Both the position numbers and the translations under genes were made by a program. From Octopus vulgaris (taxonomy: Eukaryota), in the NCBI GenBank assembly GCA_951406725.2, contig OX597824.1, positions 66,898,001 to 66,962,000 on the forward strand: DNA of 64,000 nucleotides, written 5' to 3'. The notes beneath the pieces were generated by a model. The model did not search any database, was not told the DNA's origin, and was given only the letters and a program-made list of their open reading frames with translations. Position 1 is the stretch's first letter. Each line of letters opens with the position of its first letter. Shown in pieces: positions 1 to 13,459 of this stretch.

Positions 1-270
1 TGCTATAGCCTCGGGCCGACCAAACCCTTGTGAGTGGATTTGGTAGGCAGAAACTGTAAGAAGCCTGTCGTATATTTGTGTGTGTATATATATATGTATG
101 TGCGTGTCTGTGTTTACATCCCCATAACTTAGCGGTTCGGCAAAAGAGACAGATAAAATAAGTACTAGGCTTACAAAGAATAAGTCCTGGGGTCAATTTG
201 ATCAACTAAAGGCAGTGCTCCAGCATGGCCACAGTCACATGACTGAAACAAGTAAAAGAGTAAAAGAGTA
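1..270 (+). mobile_element. SINE family A (tRNA-derived, CORE-like), 5' end cut by window edge
   Basis: Matches the full copy at 38881-39290 (ccttgtgagtggatttggtag...gactgaaacaagtaaaagagtaaaagag tail). Confidence 0.85.
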
Positions 271-280
271 TTACTTATTG

Positions 281-604
281 TGAAGGTATGTGGCTTAGCG
301 GTTAGGGTATTCAGCTCATGATTGCAAGATCATGAGTTCAATTCCTGGCAATGCATTGCATCCTTGAACAAGACACTTTATTTCCCATTGCTCCAGTCCA
401 CTCAGCTGGCAAAAGTGAGTAGTACCTGTATTTCAAAGGGCTAGCTTTGTCACACTCTGTGTCACGCTGAACCTCCCTGAGAACTATGTTAAGGGTACAT
501 GTGTCTGTGGAGTACTCAGCCACTTGTACATTAATTTCACAAGCAGGCTGTTCCATTAATCGGATCAACTGGAACCCTTGTCATTATAACTAACGAAGTG
601 CCAG
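281..604 (+). mobile_element. SINE family C (tRNA head, V-SINE-like central motif)
   Basis: A box tggcttagcgg, B box gagttcaattcc, ccttgaacaagacact motif; homologous copies at 2392, 28945 and 31526. Confidence 0.8.
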
Positions 605-1291
605 TTCAGTATATACATTGCTTATTTGTCATAACCAGGTCAAATTCTGGGCATCATCAAGATTACTGAGTTACACCCTAGTTATATAGCTTTTTTTAAT
701 TTCCAGGCTATTAACTTTGAGTGGTTTCTGTATAGTGTGAGAAAAGGTGTGTTGTTATTTTTGTTTAGTCCCAAATTATATTTGATTAATCAAACCTACA
801 TAAAAAAGTAGTCCCATCTATGACAATTCCAATTATTTTTTCCAGATATAGTTTATTAGGCCTACATTATTTATTGTCTCTTTCCTAATTTATAATTTGA
901 GGGTGACTTAGTTTCTATTTCTTGCAGGTCTGGTATTGGAGGTTCTTTCATAGTATGGATAATAGTGCAGTATGGCACTGGGATGAAGTATGGGTGTCAT
1001 AGAGTGTAGTATATGAAGCACTGTACTGTGTTGTGGCATGATGTAATGTGTAGAATAATGACGTAAAAGGTATAGTGTGTAGGCGATTCTGTAGTGGTTT
1101 AATGTAGAAACAGACTTGGCTGAAAGGTTAACAAGTTCATTTTTCAATCGTAAGGTCTTGGGTTTGTTTAATCACACTACTTGACACCTTGGACGAGTAT
1201 CTTCTACCACAGACCCTCATATCAACACAAGACTTGTGAATGAAATTTGGTAGGCAAAAACTGTGTGAATTCCTGTTAGGCTGTACCTGTA

Positions 1292-1325
<34 letters not shown>

Positions 1326-1327
<2 letters not shown>

Positions 1328-1522
1328 CATCATCATTATCATCACTTAATGTCTCCTTTGCATGCTGGTATGGGTTGGGCAATTCAACATGTACTGATGA
1401 ACCAGTGGGTTGTGCTGTGTTCCAGTTTCTGCCTTGGCATGGTTTCAACAGTCGGATGCTCTTTCTAGCACCAACCATTTCACAGAATGTATTGGGTGCT
1501 TTTTTCATGGCACCAGCACTGG
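1326..1522 (-). mobile_element. RTE-like LINE 3' tail fragment
   Basis: Reverse complement of the catccagctgtagaaac...catgccagcatgg...(gat)n tail seen at 22430-22560. Confidence 0.6.
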
Positions 1523-1797
1523 TCAAGAAGATAACATGCTGTATCTAGACACATGTTAGCTTCTTAGCCATTCAATCACAAGGTCTTGGGCTCACTCCCA
1601 CTGTGGCCTCTTGGTCAAGTGCCTTTTACAGTAGCTCCAAATTGACTCCAAACTTGTCAGTGAATTTTGGTAAACAGAAACTATAGAGAAGTTCGCTGGA
1701 TGGATTGTACATGTAGTTCAAAAGTTCAATCTTATTTCAAACTTTCTCATGTTATCTTTGCCTGAGTATTATGTTATAGGTACATATGTCTATGGAA

Positions 1798-2012
1798 AGG
1801 TGGCGAGCTGGCAGAAACGTTAGCACACTAGGCGAAGTGCTTAGCGGTATTTCGTTTGCCGTTATGTTCTGAGTTCAAATTCCGCCGAGGTTGACTTTGC
1901 CTTTCATCCTTTCGGGGTCGATAAATTAAGTACCAGTTACGCACTGGAGTCGATATAATCAACTTAATCCGTTTGTCTGTCCTTGTTTGTCCTTGTGGGT
2001 AGTAAAGAAATA
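1798..2012 (+). mobile_element. SINE family B with 22-bp target-site duplication
   Basis: gagctggcagaaacgttagc...gttcaaattccgccgaggttgactttgcctttcatcctttcggggtcgataa; TSD ataggtacatatgtct(a/g)tggaa at 1776-1797 and 2010-2031; inserted in an older family C fragment. Confidence 0.9.
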
Positions 2013-2391
2013 GGTACATATGTCTGTGGAATACTCAGCCATGTACATGTTAATTCAAAGAGCCTGGTAGTGCAGTTGATAGAACAACTAGAAAAAAATT
2101 TATGTTTGGAAATTCTTGCCAAGATCCATTTATTTGGGGTGATTTGAGGGAGATTTTAAATGCTATTACCTCATGTGATGTATTTTAGTGTGTTGCAGTG
2201 TAGTATGGGGTGAAGTGGTTTAGTGTAGGTTAGTATACTGTGTCTGTAAACAATAGATTTCATAAAGATGTGCTTTGCATACTTTATGAAGACAGTTTTT
2301 TGTCATTTTTGTTTGCCAAACAACCATCATTAAAACCTACAATACATTGCCATTTTTCAAAATTTTTATTCTTTATTTACACATTACAGTA

Positions 2392-2702
2392 TGAAGGCAT
2401 GTGGCCTAGTGGTTAAGGGCATTTGGCTCATGATTGTAAGGTCTTGAGTTCAATTCCCAGCTGTGTATTGTGTGTTCGAGCAAGACACTTTATTTCACAT
2501 TGCTCCAGTCCACTCATCTGGCAAAAATGAGCAGTATCTGAATTTCAGAGGGTCAGCCTTGCCACATTGTGTCATGTTGCATCTCTCTGAGAACTACATG
2601 AAGAGTATATGTGTCAGTGGAGTGCTCAGACACTTGTATGTTGTTTTCACAAGCAGGCTGTTCTGTTGACCAGATCGACTGCGACCGTTGTTGTCATAAC
2701 CA
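2392..2702 (+). mobile_element. SINE family C
   Basis: Homologous to 281-604. Confidence 0.8.
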
Positions 2703-3069
2703 TTTATATACAATGTAATGTACGGTGGTTTTCATGTGGTTGTGTTGTATGGTCTTGGAAAATAAACAGAGGAAGAAGAAGTGAAAAGCCACATCTGTGT
2801 TGTTCATGTTTGGAGTAACAATCGAACCACAGTGTTACTTAAAATCCAGTTGCAGTCATCATACATATGTGTGTGTGTGTGTGTTATTTAGTTTATTTCA
2901 AGATTTCTTGCCAGCAGAGAATGAGCTGGTTTCTAACCTAGATCCAAGGCTCCATCATTGGAATTTCAACATTAACTGAGTATTTTTGCATGCATGTGGG
3001 GTATATGTGCAGTATTAGGAGCATGTTTGCATGTATGTATAAATGTAGGAAGGAAGGAAAACATAAAAC

Positions 3070-3310
3070 CTAGTGGTTAGGATATTATAATCATGATCAT
3101 AAGATTGTGGTTTTGGTCCCCAGTATGTGTATGTGTGTTCTTGAGCAAAACACTTCATTCATACTGCCCTACTCTACTCAGCTTCAAATGAGTAACCCTG
3201 TGGTAGACTGGAATGCCATTCAAAGAGAATGTTGTGATCTTGGTCATTTATACTTATATGCCATGAAAACTGGGTGACCAGACCGATGAGTCCTAGGACT
3301 CAAGTCAGTA
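3070..3310 (+). mobile_element. Degenerate SINE (C/D-type head)
   Basis: cctagtggttag...ttcttgagcaaaacacttc...; homologous to 61091-61335. Confidence 0.55.
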
Positions 3311-3883
3311 CTTACTTTACTTGTGTTTGTGTGTATGTGTGTATGTGTGTGTGAGTGTGAGTGAGTGTGCATGTACATATGTATGTATTTGTTATGCATG
3401 TATGTGTACTTGGTAGAATGTGGTATGCTTTTACATTATGTAGTACAGCAGGTTATGCTGCCAACTCTCCACAGACAGCCACACAAATGAAAGGTGAGTA
3501 ATTCCTCAAGGAAGAGGAGACAGATGGTGGGTAATGCAGTAGGGGATGAATGGTAAATAGTGGGGTGGGGGAAGATTAATCATGGCCATCACACCAAGTT
3601 GCTACTGACCATTAATGATAACCTAAAGCAACACCAACATTTTTGGACATTGTTGTTATGGTGGTGGTGGTGGTGGTGGTGGTACTGCTGTTGGTTCGTT
3701 GTTGCTGTTGTCGTGATTGTTACTCTTGTCATTATAGATTTGCTTTATTTTTGTAGTTGTTGGGGATCTTGACGGTTGTAGTGGTGGTGGAAGTTTTTAC
3801 TGTGGTGTTAATTGTTGTAGTTGTTATCTAAGTATTTGTTGTTGCTGTGGTTTTCGTTTCAGTTGATCACTAAACCAGCAAAC

Positions 3884-3920
3884 CACACACACACATACAC
3901 AAGTGTGGGCATTTACTTAT

Positions 3921-3965
<45 letters not shown>

Positions 3966-4400
3966 AACACAGACACATACATTCACATACCCATATATAC
4001 CCACTCATGCTCACACACTCAGACATGCCTTCACATACTCACTTTCATATACATGCACTCACATCCATATACACACATTTACACCCATACACACATTCAC
4101 ACACATAATTTAACTTACTCTCTCTCTCTCTCTCTCACTTTGGATAGTCAAGTAATTTGAGTGCAAACAATAGCATTGAGCAAACCTTTCTTTATCAGAA
4201 AGAATAAGAAAACAAATAACTGCTTTCTATTGGATTACAAACTCACCACCACCATCACCACCACCAAGAGCACCACACCACCATCAACAACAACACCACC
4301 ACACCACTACTAACCCCACCACATCACTACAACCACACCACAAATAATAATAACAATAGCACCACACCAAATCATCACCACTACCACCACCACCACTGAC
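3884..4400. repeat. (CA)n, (CT)n and (CAC)n low-complexity tracts
   Basis: Directly visible simple repeats. Confidence 0.9.
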
Positions 4401-5216
4401 ATCAAACACTTAGTGTCGAACTTTTACCAGTTTCCTGTGTGTGATTTGGAGATTTCCGATGAAATATTTGGATAGATTGCCATGGATGCATTCTTGGAAG
4501 TTCATTGATACAGCAAATATTTCAATGATATTTCTGAAACAGATGGAATATATTCTTTACTTGTAAAAGATGTCTTTATTCTAAAGAATTTTTGCTGTCT
4601 AAAACTGTCTTTTTTTTTTCTCCTTGAGGAGTCATTCTACCATTCTTTAATACTATATATATATGTACATACATATACACACATATATCATACATCTTTT
4701 CATACATACTTACATGTAAACCCATTTCCACGTAGACACTCAACAAACGCCCACATGCACACATTACTGTATACATACATTTTTAGGCACTCTTATACAG
4801 TTTTATATACAATATCTACAATGTGTTCATATACATAACTATAAACATCAATACATATATATACATTTCATACATATATTAAGAGGTATATAGACACTGA
4901 AGCCACATACATTCTTGAATGCTTATAGGCACACACATATAGATTTATATATATAATGAATAAATAATGTATCTATATACATAACTATAAATACATACAT
5001 ATGTATATATAAATAAATATAAATATAAGGACATTCAAAATACATATATATTTATTTATATGTACAATCATATAGTTATATATATAATATATACAATGCA
5101 TTCGTTTACATAACTATAAACATTCACATATATATATAACCTCAATACATATATATAGACATATATCTACATATACCATATATCTTTTGCAAAAGTAACA
5201 AACATATATACCAAAT

Positions 5217-5263
5217 ATGAATGAAATCTACTATATTGATCGTCATGGCAAATCTGAAAAGCG
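5217..5263 (+). CDS. Candidate first coding exon of an unknown small protein (MNEIYYIDRHGKSEKR...)
   Basis: ATG at 5217, open frame, consensus donor cg|GTAAGT at 5264; phase 2 matches the exon at 24918; unique-looking sequence among simple repeats. Confidence 0.45.
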
Positions 5264-5959
5264 GTAAGTTATTATATTCACCTGTTATACTATTAATCTC
5301 TATGGTAGGGTACCAACCCAACTCTGTGGTTGTAAATCTAATAATGCTCCAATAATATACACTATGGATGCACAGCATCTTTTGCTTTCAGTGGTGGTGA
5401 TGGTGGTTGGGGTATCACCTCCCAAACTGCCTCAGTCATGATGCTGGGTGACAGAAGTGGTAAAGTAACAGATAATTTTTGCGGTGTATATTTACACCCT
5501 TCTATATTCCAAGTTCAAATCCCCAGATGTCAACTTTGTCTTTCATTCTCTCAGGCAGGTGGGTGGCAGGGTTGAAAATATAAAGTACCAGTCAAAATAT
5601 TGGGGTTAATTTAATCCACTACTATGTCTCTTCGTTTCTACCTCAAACTTGTTGTGTTCTACTGAAGATATAAAAGATGTGTGACTACTGTGTAACATAT
5701 ATATAATTGTGTGTGTGTGTGTGATCATCATTTAATGCTCACTATTCCATGCTTGCATAAACCAAATGAAGTTTATTGTAGCAGATTTTCAATGGTTGGA
5801 TGCTCTTCTTGTTTTTATATTTCATGTTTTTCTTTAAATTCTTAATTTCTAACTAGAACTTTTTATCCTTTGCTACAGTTGTTTTTATGACCAAGAGTAT
5901 ATGCAAATTATGTTATTTAGTTTCATTCAAGTTTACTTGTTTTTATTGTTTATATCTCT

Positions 5960-6372
5960 ACTTGTGGAAGGGACTTGAGGAAGAGGTAGATCCAGGAAGA
6001 TGTGGGACAAGGTGGTGAAATATGATGTTCAGTTGTTGAGTCTAACCGCATGGAAGTGGTGAGAAGTGACTGAAACTTCTGGCAATTTGCTGTGCTTGAG
6101 AAGACTCATCAAACTAAGTGAAATCCTGGTTGTAGCCAGTTACACATAAAGGCATCCATGCGTGTGACTCATAAAAGCACCAATGTCTGTGACACATAAA
6201 AGAAACCCAGTACACTCTGTAAAATGGTTGGTATTAGAAAAGGCATCCAATCATAGAAACCAAACCATAACAGATGATTGGTGTCTGGTGCAGTTCTCTG
6301 GCTTACCTACTCTAGTAAAACCATCTAACCCATCCCAACATGTAAAATGGATGTTAAATGAAGTTGATGATA
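5960..6372 (+). mobile_element. RTE-like LINE 3' fragment (ORF C-terminus plus 3' UTR)
   Basis: ggaagaggtagatccaggaagatgtgggacaaggtggtgaaa encodes GRGRSRKMWDKVVK, like the RTE C-terminal RGRPRKTW motif; followed by the shared tail. Confidence 0.7.
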
Positions 6373-6659
6373 TTGACAATAATCAATTGTAATAGTCAAC
6401 AGATTCTGTTATATTTTTGAATGTCATAACCCCTTGTTCAATCAGATTTAAATGTTTATTTGCTGATTTAATTGACAAATAATTGTCACTGCACCATTTA
6501 TAAACCATTGAATTGTTCCATGAATTAACTTCTGTTTGATAATCAGTTATGTGAAACTGAGTAACAGTTTGCGAGATTTTTTTTTATTTGTTTCAATAAA
6601 ACATTACACCCCCCCCACACACACACATACTCATGAATAAGGGATGTGAAAGTCAGCTT

Positions 6660-7150
6660 TGGTGGTACCACGCAAAATGCACTCATGCCTGTTCCACAAA
6701 AAGTGCACTTGTGCCAGTGCCATGTAAAATACACTTGTACTGGTGACACATAGGTGCACCTGTGCCAGTAGCATGTAAAAAGCACATTCTGTAAAGTGGT
6801 TGGCATCCAGCTGTAGAAACCATGCCAAAACAGACAATTAATTGGTCTGCTGGCCAGCTCCTGTCAAACCGTCCAACCCCATGCCATCATGGAAAATGGA
6901 CATTAACCCTTACGTTACTGTATTTATTTTGAGATGCTCTGTGTTTCTCTCAATTACTTTAAATATAAACAAAGAATTTAGTAAAATAACTTAGTTATCA
7001 TTAAGCTAGTGTTAGGAGCATAAATTGTGACTAAGGTTTGGTGAAAGATTTTAATTCAAAACTTATGAAAACAAGACATTTGTACTCAGAGCCAGAGCTG
7101 GTTTCAGCTGGGTTGGTAACGAAAGGGTTAAATGATAATGAAGATGATGA
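6660..7150 (+). mobile_element. RTE-like 3' tail interrupted by a TTAA MITE
   Basis: ggcatccagctgtagaaac...catggaaaatggacaTTAA [insert] TTAAatgataatg. Confidence 0.7.
6907..7127. mobile_element. piggyBac-type MITE
   Basis: TTAA TSD at 6903-6906 and 7128-7131; TIRs cccttacgttac / gtaacgaaaggg. Confidence 0.85.
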
Positions 7151-8486
7151 CATAGGTGATTAAAATTGCACATGTTAGTAGAGAAACTCTATACAATAGT
7201 ACTACTCAACATAGTATTGCATTTATGCCATCCTTGAACCCAAACCTTGTATCTTCTTAGAAAAAAAATTTTAGATGTGTACAGTTGTGCCCTTCTTCAC
7301 AACCACCTGTCTTCAAAGCATTGTCATTGAAAACTATCTTTTATTGGACCAAATAGGTGGTGGTTGAAGGGCACCACATTGAAACTACATTATGGATAGT
7401 ATGTGTGTGTGGGTGGAGAGGACACTGATGAGCCCAATTAGCTTATTGCCTAATTTGTTGTTCAAGATGTATGTGATCATGCATTGCCATAGCAAATGTG
7501 AATTGTTTACTGATTCTCATTTGATCTCTTCCTCCTAATGGTCTCTGTCCTCCTTAGCAGGTCAGAGTATGTATCTCACTCATACATTCCAATATTTGCA
7601 TGGTTTCTAGGTTTGAGTATACCTGGGTGCATTTTATCATTGTGAGGCTTATCATAGAAGGGATTTTATGCCATTGACAAAGCTAAAGAGCCTTCTTGAC
7701 CCTATGATGTCACTTCATTTAAGCCAGTTTGGCCACGAAATGAATAGAAATGATTGAGAGAAACACACACACACAGATGAGTCAGGGTAAGTGAGAGAAA
7801 GGAACAAGTGTGTGATGGTAGAAACAGCAATTTGGGTGAGAGGATAGAGTGATGGAAGAGTGGCAGTAATGGAAACTGTATGTTTTGCTGGGGTGAAAGA
7901 AAGATTGAGTGATGGATGACAAATGAGAAGGGCAATAGTAAGAGAGAGTGATGGCTGGTAACACAAAGAATGACAGGTGAACTTGATATGAACATATTTG
8001 ATCCTATTTCTTATACATATGCATCTGAAAGGAAGAATCAGCTAGGATGGACAGGGTGGTAAGAGAAATCAGTGGTAGGGTATGCAGAGGTTTAGTAATA
8101 TCCTTCTTTATATAGGCAGTGGGTGAGTGTAAGGGAGATGAAAGGATCTACAAGATTTCATATTTATTTCTGACTAGATGGGTTGCATGGTGCAGTGAAC
8201 TGGAGGAACAATGAATGGAAAGTGTAAATCAAGGGGAGATGTTTGACAAATATGAGTGATAGAGAGACTGGGTGATAGAGATGAGTGACAGGAATGAATG
8301 ATTGGGGTGAATAATTAAGGAAAGGGTGCTGAAGAGGTGAAATTGGGGCTCAACAAATAGAAGCTTTAAGGGGGATGTATTGAGAAGTGGGGAAAACCAC
8401 CCATGGATGGCAAATATCTCAGTCCCACTCTACTAAAGCTCCCAATCAACCAATGCCTTGTAAGTGAATTTGGTAGACAGAAACTG

Positions 8487-8717
8487 GCGGTGAGCTGGCA
8501 GAAATGTTAGCACGCCGGGTGAAATACTTAGCGGTATTTCATCTGCCGTTACATTCTGAGTTCAAATTCTGCTGAGCTCGACTTTGCCTTTCATCCTTTC
8601 GGGGTCGATAAATTAAGTACCAGTTGTGCACTGAGGCTGATGTAATTGACTTAATCCCTTTGACTGTCCTTGTTTGTCCTTTCTATATTTAGCCCCTTGT
8701 GGGCAATAAAGAAATAA
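8487..8717 (+). mobile_element. SINE family B nested in a family A fragment
   Basis: Full-length B consensus; agaaactg duplicated on both sides. Confidence 0.85.
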
Positions 8718-8929
8718 GAAACTGTAGGAAGTGTGTATGTGTGTGTACATACATACTTATAAATTATAAATGTTTGTGAATGAGAAGATCTACTGAAGTT
8801 GTGGAAGGCTTTGATGAATTTCCACAAGTGCAAGTGCCATTACTGCTACTACAATGAGCTTTCAGTTGCCTATCAGCTGACATTACCATTAAGAATCTCA
8901 CATGAAGTAACAGGGACGCAGACTTTTGC

Positions 8930-9031
8930 ACGCACACACGCACACACACACACACACACATACACACACACACACACACACGCACGCACACACACGCACA
9001 CACACACGCACACACACACACACACACACAC
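8930..9031. repeat. (CA)n microsatellite
   Basis: Directly visible. Confidence 0.95.
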
Positions 9032-10759
9032 AACTTCTGTATTTTCACCTTGTTAGTTAATGACCTGTTGTGGTATGAAATGCTGTATGGTCTGAAATAT
9101 ATATTATTACCTTTTCTCTTTGGAAAATTCCATTTTGCCAACCTGCCTGTCATTATCTGCTCTGCAACACTGTACATACAAACTTCCATTTCCATCACAT
9201 ACACACACACGTGTGTGTGTGTGTGTGTATGTATACTCGCAATGAAGTATAGAAGTTTGACATGGTAGCGTGTACTCTGCTTTCATTAATTGTTTTTGGT
9301 GTCTATCTATTTGCAACCAGACATATCCACCCTCTCAGTCCTCCCACCATTGCCCCAACAGAACATCTCAGAAGGTGAGAGAAAACAGTGCCAGCACTCA
9401 GATGGTATTGATTTCAACTGAGTAGACTGAAGCAACATGAAATGAAATGACTTACTCAAAGACACAGGATACTACCTGTGCCAACACCCTCTCCCTTCAC
9501 TGTCATAACTCTGTTTCATTTTGTCTCTCATTTTAATCTTTCCTATTTTTTTCTCCTACATATCCTGGGTTTCTGTCATTGCTCTATTCCCTGGGTTATG
9601 TTATTTTATGTCTTCAACCTATCCTCTGAGTTATGTTGCCTTGAAAACACAAACCTATCTCAGAATACTGATTTCCTAGGGTCATTATAGGCACTCAGCA
9701 TTATAAGACATGCACTGAGTCCCATAGTAGTTTTTTTATTGGCAGCAAGCAACAACATATATAAGTCAGAAATGCCCCCCTCCCCTTCACATCCCAACCT
9801 CTCAGGTCCTTTGACAACAGCCTAGTGTGACCATGCCTTGAGGCAGCACCGCAAGTACCCCTAATACTCAGCCACCCCTAATACTCAGCCCTCTGTTCCA
9901 CATTCTACTTATCATTATCATTTACTCTCTCACTTATGTTACTCACCCTGTAAAGATGCTGGCAAGTGAATAGGAACATGGAGTTGTGGAGTCTCTTTTA
10001 CTGCACAATATAAAATTTAAGTAGATTACTGGAAAGTGCAGAGCAAATGGCAACAGTAGGATGAGGTGCTATTTTGTTTGGCAGAGAAAAGGATTATCAT
10101 GAAGTATTTGTTCCACCTAGAAATGCTACTGAACCCTAAAAGCGAGATATTCTCCTATTGTACTCATGATCACATATTTTGGCTAAGTGGTCAGTTCCAT
10201 CCTAACAGTAAGAATTGGTTCTTACTTTTTTTTTTTTAAGTATCTTCAACATAAACTGTTATTTTCTTCTTATATACATGTACCGTCATTCTGGTTTAAT
10301 TTTTTTCCAGCATCTCTGAAACCTGTAAATTGGATGTACTATTTTCAGACCTCCATTGCTAAAGAAGCTAAGCTGTACTCTTGTTATCAGCCATGTCTGA
10401 TGAATGTTAAATTATCTTTCTACCTTTTTAATGTTTTTAACACAAAACTGTTTAACACGAATTTCCTATCATGAGACTAAATAATAAATTGTGTAAATAA
10501 TATAAAGAACATAAAAAAAATGTTAGGAGGTATGAAATATATTTATTTCATCAGTTGATATCTATAGGGTGACAGCCATTTCACAGCCAACATTATGCAA
10601 ACATTTATTTTAGTGTATAATAAATTTTAACATGTCTGCACTAGTCTGTATGCTATAAATTGCATAGTACTATTATTCAGTTTACAGATGAATGCAGTTA
10701 TAATTTATTTTTGCCTGATGTTGGTTGTGAAACAGCTGTCATCCTATGGATATTGACTG

Positions 10760-12460
10760 GTACCAGGGAAACAAGGGTACTTCTTAAATGACATAAAGTC
10801 ACACAAGTTAGAAATCATAGCCATAAGTGAGACCAGACTCCATAATCCGCAGGCCCTAAAGTCCATGTTTGGCGGACAGTTTAACATTTATTTTTCTCCC
10901 TGTCTGCCCAGAATCAGTGGTAGTGGCACCACGGTACTTATTCGCAAGAGTCTGGATCTCGAAGGAAAGACAATATTTGTAGACCTGGAGAGTAGACTGG
11001 TCGTCCGAAATGTTGATGACCGCAATGAGTACGCTTTTTGACCCGTATCAGTCAATGCACCATCTTTAACAGGTCAACTGGATTTCTTTCAACGTCAAGA
11101 AGTATTCCTAGGAACATCTCATCCCTTACTTTTAATGGGGGATTGGAATGCTACCTTGAACACACATGTAGACTACGTGGGTAGACATAGGAATAGACAG
11201 GGATACAAATGCCTCAGAGACCTGCTCAGACGCTTTCAACTGTCTGACAAGTACCAACTCGACCACCTGAATGCGCCAATGTGGACATGGAGCAACCGCA
11301 TCAGGTCATTGAGATCATATCTAGATAGGATACTGTGTAGGACAATAGATAGAGATAGCGTAGGGTGTCCACAATTCCACATAGCTACACAGATCATAAA
11401 CTTGTGACATGTACGCTAGACTTAGGTAAGACACATAGGCAGGGTCCCGGGTACTGGAAACTAAATGCATCTTTCCCATTGAGAAAGGTTTTTAGAGACT
11501 GGATTAGAATGTTAGTAAAGAGGGCTTTGACAGAAGCCATCATCAACAACAAATGGTGGTTTGCACTCAAGAGAGCAATAAAAGCAGAAGCGATTAGGTA
11601 TTGCAAAACACTAGCCATAGGTAGAAACAGAGTAGAGGGTGACCTAGTTAAGAAGCTAGAAGAAGCAATTAGAAGTGGCATTGTATCTGACGTTTTGGTG
11701 GTGAGATTGGCCCTCGACCAACACTTCAATGGCAAACACGAAGGGTGTGTTGTCAGAGCTAGGATGCGTGCTCTAAGGAATGAAGATATTGGAGCTGCAT
11801 GAGAGGCCTGGGTAGCAGAGGCACAACAAAGCCATCATTTGGTCTCTGGTAGATGAACTGGGGCACGAATTACTCGAACTAAGTAAAATGTGTGAGGCCT
11901 TTTAACAGCATTTTGCCTGACTGTTCAGGATGAGTAGTGGGTGAGCAAACATGGTGGACTTCAGTACCTACCTACACAGCCTGCCACGACTCTTGACAAG
12001 AGAGGCAGGGTGGTGTGAAGGTGCCATCACGACGGCAGAAGTGCAGGACGTAATGGCCGAATGCTCGAGGCACAAATCACCGGGTTTGGATGGTCTACTC
12101 TATCAGCTTTACAGTTGTATGCCAGAATTGTTTGGAGACATCTTGGCAGCACTGTACTGCAACTGGCAGCAAAATGGGAACATCCTCAGTTTTGTAAGCA
12201 GAAGAGCTGTAACACTGCTGAAGAAAGATCCAAACAAAGGGAACATAGTAAACTTTAGGCCCATCACTCTGCTCAACGCAAACTTGAAAATTTTGGCCAA
12301 GGTGTTAGCCAAGATGTTGGCGCTTGTCATCAAGAAACTGGTTGACAAGGCACACACGTGCACCATGCCAGGCCAGAGCATCCATGACAACCTCCATCTG
12401 ATGCGCTATATCATAGTCAGGGTAGTTAAGGAACCTGGCCTGGGTGTGGGCCTGATCAGA
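10760..12460 (+). mobile_element. Decayed L1/Tx1-like LINE ORF2 (APE endonuclease plus N-terminal RT), frameshifted and 3'-truncated
   Basis: IIAISETRL near 10815; GDWNATL and SYLDRILC (ORF 11135); TDHKLV and GPGYWKLNAS (ORF 11365); KSPGLDGL, NFRPITLLNANLKILAKVLA and PGQSIHDNL (ORF 11951); several stops and frameshifts. Confidence 0.92.
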
Positions 12461-12542
12461 TTTAGTTCATGGAAACTGAAAGAAGCTCAATTGATGTATC
12501 TCTCTTTCTCCCCTTTCTCTCTCACTCTCTATCTCCCCCTTA

Positions 12543-12601
<59 letters not shown>

Positions 12602-12656
12602 ATGAATGAGAGAATGAATCAACTGTCTTGTTCAAGGATGTGATTTAATTCTTGCT

Positions 12657-13424
12657 ATTATGTCTGGCTCCCTTCATCAAGAGGAGATTGGTAAATGCAA
12701 TTTATACAGTAGGGTTAGCAAATATAAATGGTTAAAGAGGAGAGGAAACAGAACAAGTTCAAGGCTGAGGAAAGAGGAGAATGGTTAACTTCTAAAACAT
12801 GTGGAGAAATGAAGAAGGATAAAACTAGAAAAAGCAGAGACAAGGGAGAAGATAAATATGAAACCAGTGTAGTGCAAGGTAATGTCACAGGTGGTAAAGA
12901 TAGTGTTAAGCAGACCATAAATCATTTAAGAATATCAACTGACCAGACAAAGAGGCAGGAAATGATGAGCATTGAGGTGTAGGAGTAGCAGAGAAGGAAA
13001 ATATGTTGAAAGAAAGAGAATATGCTACAAGGAGAGGGATAATTGATACTTGGATAAATAGAAAAGAGATTCAGCAACAAGTAGGAGAAACTATGAAAAC
13101 TTTACAGAGAACAACTGTAGAATAAAATTCATGTTTACATGAGAAGATTACATCAGAAAACCTATCGAGTAATGTGGTATTATAATGGCATAGAATAGCA
13201 AGCAATTCTCGTAACAAATTGCAAACACAATGGTTAGCATTGTATGGGTACTCTTACAAACTATGGACCATGAACATATTTCTGCACATTTCATCTGTAA
13301 ATTATACTTATAACAATTATGGATCTGCGTTCTAAAACAGTTGCTGAGTTAAGAAATTACATACTTTGTTCTATTTCTTATTCTGTACAGTTAATATTCA
13401 TATGAAGCCAGTGTTTGTATCCAT

Positions 13425-13459
<35 letters not shown>

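Noticed and set aside
281-350. tRNA-like A and B boxes
   Set aside because: These are SINE heads with no complete cloverleaf; no true tRNA gene was seen in the window.
7426-7450. CTGATGAG hammerhead half-core
   Set aside because: No GAAA partner or supporting stems.
12728-12982. 84-aa charged ORF in the palindrome arm
   Set aside because: The frame is broken in the other arm by homopolymer indels; purine-rich non-coding sequence.
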